64,000 nt of DNA from Candidatus Doudnabacteria bacterium (lineage in GTDB: Bacteria > Patescibacteriota > Doudnabacteria > UBA920), in contig CAWBGV010000031.1 in assembly GCA_963788395.1 (NCBI GenBank), forward strand, positions 73,094-137,093, in the 5' to 3' direction. Made by a program: the position numbers and the translations under genes. Of this stretch, positions 22,723 to 32,740 are shown piece by piece. Below the pieces are notes generated by a model, which worked only from the letters and a program-made list of their open reading frames with translations, had not been told where the DNA came from and ran no database searches. Each line of letters begins with the position of its first letter. Positions within the stretch are counted from its first letter, which is position 1.

Positions 22723-22973
22723 ATCCCCAAATCGTTCAGTTGATTTAGAATTTTATAACTTATATTCTTGTAATAGGTTTCTTTTCAAACTTTATAGTTT
22801 AGTCTGATTTGTTCTCAATAGGACTACTTTACGCAAACTCTTTGCGTGGGTAGTCCTTTTTATTTTAGGCAATAACGCAATGGGTAATAAAGTCCGTTTT
22901 TTGCTCGGCAGGTTGCCAATACCCATTGCACCTGTCTGGCCAAGAGCGGATTTTTAAATTAAAACACAAATTT

Positions 22974-23129
22974 ATGTTAACAATTGAGCAATGTCGGGAA
23001 ATAATTGGCAATACTGCGATATCCGACAGCGAACTTGAACAATTACGCAATAGCCTGTATAGTATCGCCGATTTGATAATTAAACGCACTGTGGGCGAAG
23101 ATGCCGAAGAAAGTTCAAACCATAATTGA
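22974..23129 (+). CDS. Small protein overlapping the recombinase start (possible directionality factor)
   Basis: MLTIEQCREIIGNTAISDSELEQLRNSLYSIADLII; position directly before the recombinase. Confidence 0.55.
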   Translation: MLTIEQCREIIGNTAISDSELEQLRNSLYSIADLIIKRTVGEDAEESSNHN

Positions 23130-24690
23130 ATATAAGCGTGCGTTAATTTATTGCCGGGTTTCCAGTGAGCGGCAGGTTAACGAAGGCCATGGTCTTGATA
23201 GCCAAGAGCAGCGGTGTATTCGCCGTGCTTCAGATATGGGTTTGGAAGTGGCAAAAGTGTTTCGGGACGAGGGAGTATCCGGTGGTTTGTTTGACCGGCC
23301 GGCAATGCAGCTGCTTATAAAGTATCTGGATGCACGTCTACACGAAAATTTTATTATTATCTTTGACGACTTAAGCCGTTTTGCAAGGGATGTGCAAGTT
23401 CACATACAACTTAAAAGCGAACTCATTTCCAGAGGCGCAAAACTGGAGTGTTTAAATTTAAAATTGGAAGATACGGCAGAGAGTGAGCTGGTAGAAATTA
23501 TTTCCGCAGCTACGGCGCAGTATCAACGCAAGACCAATAAAAGGCAAGTTATTCAAAAAATGAAAGCCCGGCTGGAAATGGGCTATTGGACATTTTGTCC
23601 GCCACCAGGCTTAAAGTTCTGCAAAGACGCGGCCAAGGGGCAAATTTTGCGCCCCCATGCGCCACAATCTGTAATCTTTAAGGCTGCAATAGAGAAATAC
23701 CGCGACTTTGAGTTAAATACGCTTGAGGAGATTCAGCAGTTTATAATTGCGCAATATCGGCTTAACGGGCTTAATAAATCTATTTCTATAAGTGGCGTTA
23801 AAAGGCTGCTTACCAATGTTTTATATGCCGGCTGTGTGGAATACGAGCCGTGGGGTATTCCGCTTGTAAAAAATGTCCATGAAGGCTTTATTTCCTACGA
23901 AACTTTTCTTGCAGTGCAGGATCGGCAAAATAATGCGAGTAAGCCAAGAATCCGTAAAGACCAGAACATGGATTTTCCTTTACGTAATTTATGTTATTTG
24001 CGAAAGTTGTAAGCATCCTTTTACCGCGGCGTGGTTTAAGGGTAGAAAAGAAATTTATGGATATTATTTATGTAAGCAGCAAGGTTGCTCCCTTAAAAAT
24101 AAAACAATTAATGCGGATATTGTTGAAGCTGACTTTGTTAAATTGCTAAAACGAGTGTCACCAAGCCCGGAAGTTCTAAAATTGGCTGAAAAAGTTTTGG
24201 TAGATTTATGGGAAAGCCAAAGGAAAAACGAAGGACAGGTCAAAGCGGCATTTTAGCGCAGCTGAGTAAACTAGAAACTCAAAATAAAACTTTGGTGGAA
24301 AGAATTGCAAAAGCTACCGCTGACGGCTTGGTTGCTGAATACGAAAAGACTATTGCGCAAAACGTGGCAGAAATTAAAAACCTGCAAAAAGAACTCGATA
24401 AAACAAAATACTCCCAGGACGGGTTTCAAACCGCAGCGGGAGCAGTATTCGAATATCTTTCAAAACCGTTAGAACAGTGGCAAACCCGCGACTACGCAGG
24501 CAAACGGCTGTTACTCGGTATGTATTTTGAGCAGAAAGTTGCTTATAACCGTGAATTTGGTTTTCAAACCGCTCAAATTCCTTTTGTCCTTGCGACAATC
24601 CAGCAAGAACACGTGTCTAAAAATCATCTGGTGGACCGGACGGGAATTGCACCGCAAACCATGATGTCAAGCTGTGGTCCGTCACTGTGA
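23101..24690 (+). CDS. Large serine recombinase (frameshifts near 23990 and 24245)
   Basis: YCRVSSERQ catalytic motif, DEGVSG, DLSRFAR; recombinase domain; Zn ribbon CESC..YYLCKQQGC; coiled coil. Confidence 0.9.
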
Positions 24691-24698
24691 CCCGGCCC
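24629..24698 (-). ncRNA. 70-nt non-canonical tRNA-like RNA with alanine identity; island integration target
   Basis: GGGCCGG/CCGGUCC-A-CCA acceptor with G3-U70 and A73; GCGG-UGCAAUU-CCCGU T-arm; GUCA-CAG-UGAC mini hairpin; GGACCA/UGGUUU arm; TACGAT -10 at 24714-24709. Confidence 0.7.
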
Positions 24699-24863
24699 AT
24701 GTAGTAATATCGTAATACAACGACACCAAAGAAATTTTTAAAAAAAGATAAATTAGACTTTATCTTTTGTGGATAAGCTCAAAGGAGTCTACCTTAAGTG
24801 AAAAATATTTACGGATCGAGGAAAAAGCGCTATACTAAATTTAGAAATATTAAAAAAATTACT

Positions 24864-25406
24864 ATGGAAACCAAAGATAAAGAGTGCTGCGGGCATGACT
24901 GCTGTCATAATCATAACCATCACAGCCCGGTGTGGCGATTAATTAAGGCTTTTACAGCCGTGATTGTTATTTTATTTGTACTTCTAATTGGTGTGGCAGT
25001 TGGCCGCAAGAGTTCTGAGTGGAGCGGGAATATGAGCGTAAGCATGTATAAAAATGGTGGCATGACCGCGACCAGTATGGGTGTCCCGCCGGCAAACATG
25101 CTCTATCTGCAGGGAAATCTCGGGCGGATGGCGACCAGTACCGCGACCCCGGTTATGGGCTACCAAAAAATAGACCCAAACGCCACTGAAGTGGCCGGAG
25201 TTATTGATTCGGTAAGCGGGACAGAAATAACATTAACGGACAATGGCGGCAGTCAGCAAATGATATATACTTCTGGTTCCACTATTATAACCGCTGCCAG
25301 CGGCGAAATACCGGTCTCGGCCCTCAAAACCAAGGAATTTATTGTAGCTATGGTTACCGCCGCCGACGGCAAGAGCACTGCAGAAACCATTCAAGTTCAG
25401 CCTTAA
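24864..25406 (+). CDS. Single-TM protein with Cys/His-rich N-terminus and DUF5666-like C-terminal domain
   Basis: ECCGHDCCHNHNHH, TM helix, VAGVIDSVSGTEITL...TAETIQV. Confidence 0.6.
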   Translation: METKDKECCGHDCCHNHNHHSPVWRLIKAFTAVIVILFVLLIGVAVGRKSSEWSGNMSVSMYKNGGMTATSMGVPPANMLYLQGNLGRMATSTATPVMGYQKIDPNATEVAGVIDSVSGTEITLTDNGGSQQMIYTSGSTIITAASGEIPVSALKTKEFIVAMVTAADGKSTAETIQVQP

Positions 25407-25617
25407 ATTTTTTAACAAACAATAAAAGACTTCTTCCGGGAAGTCTTTTATTGTACCCAGAAGGATATCAATGGCCACAACAGTCAGTAATTTTTTTAGC
25501 ATCTATGAATGTTGAGGGTTTTGGATGCGGTGGAAAGTAGGGACAAAGCTAATGTAAAGTTAACTTGACACATGCGGATTCGTCGTATATACTAAAGTTA
25601 CTAAAGAAAGGAGCTTT

Positions 25618-26016
25618 ATGAGCGATACAAAAATGTCAGTGAACGAAGAAGAATTAAAGAAAAAGCTAACACCGGAGCAATATCATATTTTACGCGAAAA
25701 GGGCACAGAGGCGCCGTTTACCAGTCCGTTGGTGGATATGCATGAAAAAGGGATGTTTACTTGCGCGGTTTGCGGTAATCAATTATTTGCTTCCGACGCT
25801 AAATTTGATTCCGGTACCGGCTGGCCAAGCTTTGACCAGGCTATCCCCGGCGCCGTAGAATTGCACGACGATAGCTCTATGGGGATGCACCGGACCGAGG
25901 TCACTTGCGCCCGCTGCGGCAGCCACTTGGGACATGTCTTTGACGATGGCCCTTCGGAAACTACGGGACAGCGGTACTGTATTAATGGGGCGTGTTTAAT
26001 TGTAAAGAAGGAGTAA
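25618..26016 (+). CDS. msrB: Peptide-methionine (R)-S-oxide reductase
   Basis: LTPEQYHILREKGTEAPF, KFDSGTGWPSF, RTEVTCARCGSHLGHVFDDGP, RYCING. Confidence 0.97.
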   Translation: MSDTKMSVNEEELKKKLTPEQYHILREKGTEAPFTSPLVDMHEKGMFTCAVCGNQLFASDAKFDSGTGWPSFDQAIPGAVELHDDSSMGMHRTEVTCARCGSHLGHVFDDGPSETTGQRYCINGACLIVKKE

Positions 26017-26145
26017 AGGTAAAGATACGAAATTCGAAATACGGAACAAATTTCAAATTTCAAATTTCAAAAGTGGTTTTAGATTTATTATTTAATATTT
26101 AAACATTGTTTAGGATTTCGTATTTCGATATTAATTATTCATTCT

Positions 26146-27849
26146 ATGCTCCAAATTCTCTTTGCCTTTCTTGCGGGTATCCTGACTATTGCCGCCCCTT
26201 GCATTTTACCAATGCTTCCCATAATCCTCGGCGCTTCTGTCGGTCAGCAGAACCGCCAGCGACCATTGTTAATAGTAGCCGGTTTTATTGTTAGTTTTGC
26301 GGCCGCGAGTTTATTATTATCGGCTTTAGTCACTCACCTTAATCTTTCGCCCAATGTTTTACGGGATGTAGCCGTAATTTTGCTGCTGATATTCGGTCTG
26401 TTGATGGTTTGGCCGGGTCCGTTTGAACGCTTAACCGCACTGTTTAACGGTTCGATTAATAAAGCTAACGCGCTTGGCGGCGGCCAAGGTAATTGGGGTG
26501 CTTTGGTTTTAGGGCTGGTTTTAGGAATTGTTTAAAGGCCCTGCGCCGGTCCAATATTAGGAGCAATTTTAACCCTTATAGCTACTCAAGGCTCTACAGC
26601 CCATGCTTCGGTTTTGCTCATTGCCTATGCTATTGGCGCCGGGGTACCTATGCTGATTATTGCTTACGGCAGCCAGTGGATTACCACCAAAGTTCGGGGC
26701 ATAGCCCGATATTCGGTTCGGTTACAGCAAATTTTTGGAGTCTTGGTTATTTTATTGGCCGTGGCTATGTTTTTTCAATACGACACCAGAATTGAATTGG
26801 CTCTAACCGCCGCGTTTCCTCAATCAAGCTTAGAAGACCAGCTGGTGCAGAAAAAGCTAATCCTTTTGCAACTAATACTCCGCCGCCGTTGCCGGCAACT
26901 CCGGCGTCTACAATGCGGCGACCGGCCAACTGTCGGCGCCGCAGCACTGTTGAGCAAATTCCACTCCAGAATTATGGGAAAGCGCCGGAATTCACGGGGA
27001 TTGACCACTGGCTCAACTCTCCGCCGCTGACTATGAGCCAGCTGAAAGGTAAAGTCGTGCTGGTGGATTTTTGGACGTACTCTTGCATTAATTGTATTCG
27101 AACTTTGCCGTATGAACCACGTGGTACAACAATTATAAAGATGATGGCCTGGTAGTGGTCGGCGTGCATACGCCGGAATTTGCTTTTGAAAAAGATACCG
27201 GCAATGTCGAAAATGCCATCAAACAATTTAATATTTTGTATCCGGTGGCTCAAGATAACGAGTACGGGACTTGGAACGCCTTTAATAACGAATATTGGCC
27301 GGCGGAGTACCTGATAGACCAAAACGGCAATATTGTCTACGAACACTTTGGCGAAGGGGAATATGATCATACTGAAAACGCCATTCGCGAATTGCTGAAT
27401 ATGACCCCGAACGTCGCGCCCAATAACGGCCAAAACCTTTCCGGAGTGGAATCGCCGGAAATGTACTTTGGAACTGACCGGGTCCAGTATCTCACTCCGG
27501 CTCAAACCCCCTCCGCTGCGGCCCAAACGTATACGTTACCGGGCAGTTTGGCTTTGAATAATTTTGCCCTGGGTGGTTCCTGGGAATTTAACTCCAGTAT
27601 GCCCAGTTAGCCGGCGATCAGGGCACGGTGGAGCTGCATTTTCATTCTGGCCAGGTCAATATGGTAGCCGCCAGCAGCGGGGCGCCGGTTACTTTAAATA
27701 TAGTGGTTGACGGCAAAACTCAGCCCTCTGTTACCGTCCAAGCCTCGCAACTCTACACTCTTTTTAATTCTCAAGATTATTCTGATCATACTATAGAAAT
27801 TTCCATCCACGGCCAGGGCTTCCAAGCCTTTACCTTTACGTTTGGCTAA
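26146..27849 (+). CDS. dipZ: DipZ-like CcdA plus thioredoxin fusion, disrupted by several indels and one in-frame TAA
   Basis: PCILPMLP, PCAGPILG, VDFWTYSCINCIRTLP, GVHTPEFAFE, NEYWPAEYLID, SPEMYFG, QAFTFTFG. Confidence 0.85.
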
Positions 27850-27885
27850 TTTGGGGATTAATGATAGCATGGTAATGGACGACGT

Positions 27886-28086
27886 ATGGCCAATTTACAG
27901 AATCAAATTAAAAAAATGCGCAACGAAAAAAATATCACCCAGCAGGATTTGGCTGACGCTGTGGGGGTTTCGCGGCAGACGATTGTGGCCATCGAAAAAG
28001 GCAACTACATTCCTTCCTTGGTGCTGGCTATGCAATTAGCTGGTTTTTTTAAGGTCAGCGTCGAAAAATTATTTTATATCTTATGA
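27886..28086 (+). CDS. XRE family HTH regulator
   Basis: [32 protein letters not shown]. Confidence 0.9.
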   Translation: MANLQNQIKKMRNEKNITQQDLADAVGVSRQTIVAIEKGNYIPSLVLAMQLAGFFKVSVEKLFYIL

Positions 28087-28442
28087 AAATTATCGTCTAC
28101 TATATTCTCTTGCTTGTTTTTGTGGCCCTTCTGACGGGCTATATTTTGCAGCCGCACAGTTCGCCTATGAGCATGAAGCAGATGGTTTCTATTTCACTGC
28201 TGCTTGGAGTATATGTGGTAGGCATGTCGCTGGCGGGAGAAGGGAAGACGGCCGATGAGCGCGAAGTTCAACACCGGTATATCGCCAACCGGATGGCGTT
28301 GCTGGCCGGGACAATTGTTATTTCGGCCGGGGTCTTGGTAGAGTTGTTCACTCACCATCTGGATCCCTGGCTGCTGGCCGGACTGATTGCCATCAATTTA
28401 GTGAAAATTGTGAGTTTAATCTATTCTAATTATAAAAATTAA
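28083..28442 (+). CDS. Four-TM membrane protein (DUF2178-like)
   Basis: Four hydrophobic segments with DERE motif; coupled to the HTH gene. Confidence 0.65.
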   Translation: MKIIVYYILLLVFVALLTGYILQPHSSPMSMKQMVSISLLLGVYVVGMSLAGEGKTADEREVQHRYIANRMALLAGTIVISAGVLVELFTHHLDPWLLAGLIAINLVKIVSLIYSNYKN

Positions 28443-28447
28443 ATTGT

Positions 28448-29071
28448 ATGGACCAGCAATCAATACATATATTAGTTTTGAATGCTTCATTGAAACACGG
28501 CCCGACCCTTTCTAACACCGAAGAGGTGGCGCAAATGGTGGTAGATAATATGAAGCGGGAGGGGGTAATTACTTCGGAATTTATCCGGCTTTCCGATAAA
28601 AATATCCCCGTTGGTTTGGGTTTTAAAGAGAGCGACGATGACGAGTGGCCGGACATAGTCAAAAAAATTATCGCTGCGGATATTGTTTTATTTGCTACTC
28701 CAATTTGGTGGGGCGGCCGCAGCAGTTTGATGCAGCGGGTGATTGAGCGCATGGATGCTTTTGATGAAGAGGTAATTCACGGCGGCCGCAGTGTTCTGCT
28801 TAATAAAGTCGCCGGCGTAGTCATTACGGGCAGTGAAGATGGCGCCCAGGCAGTATTGGCTTCGATTATGGAAGTCCTGACGTTCTTAAATTTTACCTTG
28901 CCGCCGCAATGCTGCACTTACTGGGTCGGTGAGGTCGGTATGAACCCGGCTACCGACCGGCAGCGGCGCCTTAACAATCCGGCGGTTGAACATATGGCTA
29001 AAAACACTGCGCATAATCTTATGTACTATGCTCAATTGCTTAAACAACATCCGCTTTCGCCGGCAGGATAA
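28448..29071 (+). CDS. Flavodoxin family / NAD(P)H-dependent FMN reductase
   Basis: NASLK..SNT, ADIVLFATPIWWG, NKVAGVVITGSEDG. Confidence 0.85.
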   Translation: MDQQSIHILVLNASLKHGPTLSNTEEVAQMVVDNMKREGVITSEFIRLSDKNIPVGLGFKESDDDEWPDIVKKIIAADIVLFATPIWWGGRSSLMQRVIERMDAFDEEVIHGGRSVLLNKVAGVVITGSEDGAQAVLASIMEVLTFLNFTLPPQCCTYWVGEVGMNPATDRQRRLNNPAVEHMAKNTAHNLMYYAQLLKQHPLSPAG

Positions 29072-29162
29072 GATTTTTTAGGCTAAATTTTCACTAAAAT
29101 ATGATATAATATGGGCATGTAACTAAAAAGAAGCTCCGGAAGCTCAAGGACGAAACAAATTT

Positions 29163-29391
29163 ATGCCATATAAAATAAAATCTGATACTATAGTAACAAA
29201 AAACTCCCCATTTTTAACGGTATTTTTAATACATAGCGCTGATTGCCCAGTTGGCAGTCGGCTTTTTTGTAGTACCGGCCAAAATTGCCAAAGCCTCAGG
29301 TGCCATCTATTACGTTGATTCCGTAGGCGGTAGTGATAGCAACAATGGCACCTCTAGCACAACTCCGGGAGTGACTGACACCAATGTTTAG
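29163..29391 (+). pseudogene. N-terminal remnant of a secreted beta-helix-type protein
   Basis: Signal-like IALIAQLAVGFFVVPAKIAKA, then IYYVDSVGGSDSNNGTSSTTP, then stop at 29389-29391. Confidence 0.55.
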
Positions 29392-29454
29392 ATATGCTAT
29401 AATAGTTCTATTGAGTTTAAACAGTAACTTTTTGGTTCGTATTAACAGAAATAT

Positions 29455-30066
29455 ATGATGCCTGAACAAAAAAACCATTGGTTTGTGTGGTGCATGTGCG
29501 CGATTGTAACTACTCTTATTTGCGGCTTAGTCTATGCCGCCGTCCAGCAGAATTACCGGCAATCGGCCAACAACCCGCAAATTCAAACGGCGGAAGATGT
29601 TGCCACCAGTTTAAAAGGCCAGCAAGTCCCTCCGTTTACCGGCCAGCAAATCGATATGAGTCAGAGCCTCTCCACATTTATTTTAGTTTATGACGCCACA
29701 GGTACACCGATTACCGGCACGGGCCAGCTCAATAACACCACTCCAACCTTGCCAGCAGGTGTGTTCCAAGCTACTAAAACGAAAGGCGAGGACCGTATTA
29801 CCTGGATGCCTAGTCCCGGTTTACGCTTTGCCATGGTCGTAGTACCAATTCCCGGTAATACCGGTTACATTGCAGTCGGCCGTTCCCTCCGCGAAATAGA
29901 AAAGCGGGAAACCTCGCTCGAAATAATGTCTGCCCTGGCTTGGCTGATAACTCTCCTGCTCACTGCGCTTTTAACGTGGTGGTTCGACTCCCAATCCCGA
30001 CGTCCTGTTGAACATACTCCCGAGACTCCCCATGAGCACACCGGCGATCATCACCAGGCTCAGTAA
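29455..30066 (+). CDS. Two-TM hypothetical protein resembling a stand-alone sensor domain
   Basis: TM, QQNYRQSANNPQIQ..EDRITW..YIAVGRSLREIE, TM. Confidence 0.6.
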   Translation: MMPEQKNHWFVWCMCAIVTTLICGLVYAAVQQNYRQSANNPQIQTAEDVATSLKGQQVPPFTGQQIDMSQSLSTFILVYDATGTPITGTGQLNNTTPTLPAGVFQATKTKGEDRITWMPSPGLRFAMVVVPIPGNTGYIAVGRSLREIEKRETSLEIMSALAWLITLLLTALLTWWFDSQSRRPVEHTPETPHEHTGDHHQAQ

Positions 30067-30174
30067 AGGTAAATGCACAAAACCCTCCGCCCCGCGGGGG
30101 GTTTTTAAATTTTGTCGGAGGCGTTAAAAATTGTTAAATCGAACCCATTACAGATAACTTTACCAAAGATTTAG

Positions 30175-31610
30175 TTATATAGGAAATTCAATCGTAAAAA
30201 CCGTACCTTGGCCACGCGAACTTTTGACTGTTATAGTTCCTTGCAATTCTTTTTCCACGATGGACTTAGTTGTTGCTAAGCCCAGGCCAGTGCCCCGCTC
30301 AATGGTTTTTGTAGAAAAAAAAGTTTCGAATATTTGGCTGAGATGCTCTGGTAAAATTCCTATTCCCTCGTCTGTCACTTCCAAAATCGCTATACCGTCT
30401 TTAGACTTCAGTTTAATCAGAATACTTTTATGATCCCGAGTAACTTCGTCGTACGCATCAATCGCATTCGAAAGTAAATTTGTAATAACCTGATAAAATT
30501 TAAGAGGGTTGCCAAAGTAATCAACCTGTTGCGTCTCCAAAAAGACGACCTCAATTTGTTGGGTGAGGGTTTTATAATGAAACAGCTGTATTACCTGATA
30601 AATTTCCTGATTAAGCGAAAATAAAAATTTGACGTTTTGATGATTAAGCTGTTTGCGCACCGCCTCAATAAATTCCTGCATTCGTTTACTGATGATTACC
30701 GCGCGTTCAAGTTCAGCTTGGGTGGTTGCAATATCGGGATGATCGGTTTTTAACTTTTTTATATTGAGAGACAGGGCGGTGGGGTATTCATCAAGTCGTG
30801 GAACGCTCCGCTGGCTAGTCGGCCGAACTCCGCGAACCGATCTAATTCCGTAACCTTTTCTAATTGAGCCTGTTTTAGGGCTTGCGTGCGTTCTGCAATT
30901 TTAATTTCCAGCAAGTCCCGTTCGTTTTTCAGTTCTTGTTCCGATGTTTGGGCGCGGCGAAGCGATTTAACTATTTCACGATTGGCGAGCCAAGACACCA
31001 CGGTTAAGAGTATAAAAATAGCAGCAAATTCCAGCGTATCCAACACTTCGAGCGGTTTGTTTTTCCAGTGCAAAATGGGTAATGAAGGTGCAGCGCTTTC
31101 TTTTAGGCCGGCAGGGATTAAAACCGTGATTATAACTAAGGTGATAATAAAGCTAAAGCCAGTCCCGATTAAAATACTCGACATAGTGATAACTAAGGCG
31201 TCGGCCAGTAAGGCTGTGGGTTCGTCGGCTCCCCAGATACATTCTGTGTAAATAGTAGCAGCCAAAAACAGAACAATAAAAATGTAAGCCGAAAATTTAT
31301 AATACCCTTTGCGTGATAGGTAATAAAGGGCAACAAATAAGAACACTAAAGCGCAAAAGATTAACGGCGGAACTCCTCGATAATCAGTTTGCAGATGGTC
31401 GTGATTATAAAAAATAACTGCCGTGAGCAGGCCTACTATCAGCAAATTTCCGCAAAGTAAAACATTTAAAATGAGTTCTCTGCGGCGTTCGTCTTCTAGG
31501 TGGGCGCGGGGACGCAAAAAATGTTGATATAAAAAATATACCCCTTTCTTGCTCAAGCCGTGCAATCGGTGGAGACTGGAAAAAGAATTTTCCAAAGAAC
31601 CGGTGCCCAT
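30175..31610 (-). CDS. Membrane sensor histidine kinase (frameshift near 30785)
   Basis: TM region, GRLASGAFHDLMN H-box, NLLSNAIDA, DEGIGI, FFSTK, GTGLGL. Confidence 0.88.
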
Positions 31611-31651
31611 ATGCGAGTTTTAATGTTTTACAATCAGTCGATTAATAATTC

Positions 31652-32671
31652 TTAGTGTTCGCGGGAAACGATAAATTGCAAAGATGTAAAAATTGCTTTT
31701 TTTGCCGTGGTGTCCAGTAAATTTGTGGTGGTTTTTAGAAAATTTTGCTGGGCGGTGCCGGCCAGCTTTTTGGCGGTTTCTTGCACGTAGGTAACACTGC
31801 CGTATTTTTTCATTAATGAGACAATGAGCTTTTTTTCCTGCCAGCTTTTTTGCTCTCGCGGTTCCGAATAAATTTTATTTATTAACCGCCGTTCAGCCGG
31901 GGTACATTGTTTTAGAAGGTGAATAAGCAAGAGGGTGCGCTTGCCTTCGGAAATATCGCGGTATAATTCTTTGGAAGAATTTTTGGCTGTCAAAATATCT
32001 AAAACGTCATCCCATAGCTGGAAAGCTAAGCCGGCCGGTTTGCTCCAGGTTTCTATCTTAGCCAATTCTTGGTCCGGCTGTCCGGCAATAATTGCGCCTA
32101 ATTGTAGCGGCGCAGTAATGCTGTAGTAGGCGCTTTTTCGGCCGATCATGTCAAAATAATCTTTTTCAGAAATAAGCAGCTGCTGCTTATCTGTCCAGGA
32201 GAGGTCTATAAATTGGCCTTCTATTGTAGTAGAAAGCACGTCTATCATTTTATCGTAGACCTTCCACCCGCGTTCTGGACCTAATAGACGAACATTGTCG
32301 CCTAAGATTTTCCACATTATAATGTGCAAACCGTCGCCGGCATTCAATGCCAGTTCGGGACTATAGAGAATGCTGAGCGCGGGTTTGGAGCGGCGCAGGA
32401 GTGAATGATCTTCCACGTCGTCGTGAATCAACAGCCAGTCTTCGGCAGTTTGTAACGCGGCAGCGGTTAGCAGTGAATCGGCGTCTTTGCCGCCATACAT
32501 TTGTGCCGCAAGTATAACCAGCGCAGGTCGCAAATACTTGCCTTGACGCCGGGGATAATCCGCAATCATTTGGTAATGCCTGTGGGGATCTTTTGCCGGC
32601 AGGTACTTTTGGATAACTTCCCAAACTTGAGGCTTGAGCCGCTGTAGTTCTTTTAAAAAAGTTGTCGGCAT
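31652..32671 (-). CDS. Polyprenyl diphosphate synthase
   Basis: GKYLRP, LIHDDVED..LRR (FARM), GQFID, AFQLWDDVLD (SARM), DISEGKRT. Confidence 0.9.
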   Translation of the reverse strand: MPTTFLKELQRLKPQVWEVIQKYLPAKDPHRHYQMIADYPRRQGKYLRPALVILAAQMYGGKDADSLLTAAALQTAEDWLLIHDDVEDHSLLRRSKPALSILYSPELALNAGDGLHIIMWKILGDNVRLLGPERGWKVYDKMIDVLSTTIEGQFIDLSWTDKQQLLISEKDYFDMIGRKSAYYSITAPLQLGAIIAGQPDQELAKIETWSKPAGLAFQLWDDVLDILTAKNSSKELYRDISEGKRTLLLIHLLKQCTPAERRLINKIYSEPREQKSWQEKKLIVSLMKKYGSVTYVQETAKKLAGTAQQNFLKTTTNLLDTTAKKAIFTSLQFIVSREH

Positions 32672-32740
32672 ACTTTGGTTCGTTAAAAAATTTTGGAATG
32701 AATTTTTTGTATAGCTTGAACTTTAAGCTTCCCAAATACA

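Larger units (their letters stand above)
18644..24636. mobile_element. ~6.0 kb integrative element with large serine recombinase
   Basis: Direct repeat ATCTGGTGGAC at 18644-18654 and 24626-24636 overlapping a CCA end; recombinase at one end; partly AT-rich cargo (HEPN-like gene, TA pair, protease). Confidence 0.85.

Noticed and set aside
24629-24698. Ordinary tRNA-Val(GAC), tRNA-Ser(UGA) or tRNA-Ala, or a standard or permuted tmRNA
   Set aside because: No U8/A14/G18G19 D-arm and no paired anticodon stem around UUGACAU; no tag ORF or pseudoknots; both acceptor strands lie in normal order. A degenerate tRNA cannot be fully excluded.
26017-26145. CRISPR array in the short-period repeats
   Set aside because: Units are about 7 nt with no unique spacers, and there are no cas genes.
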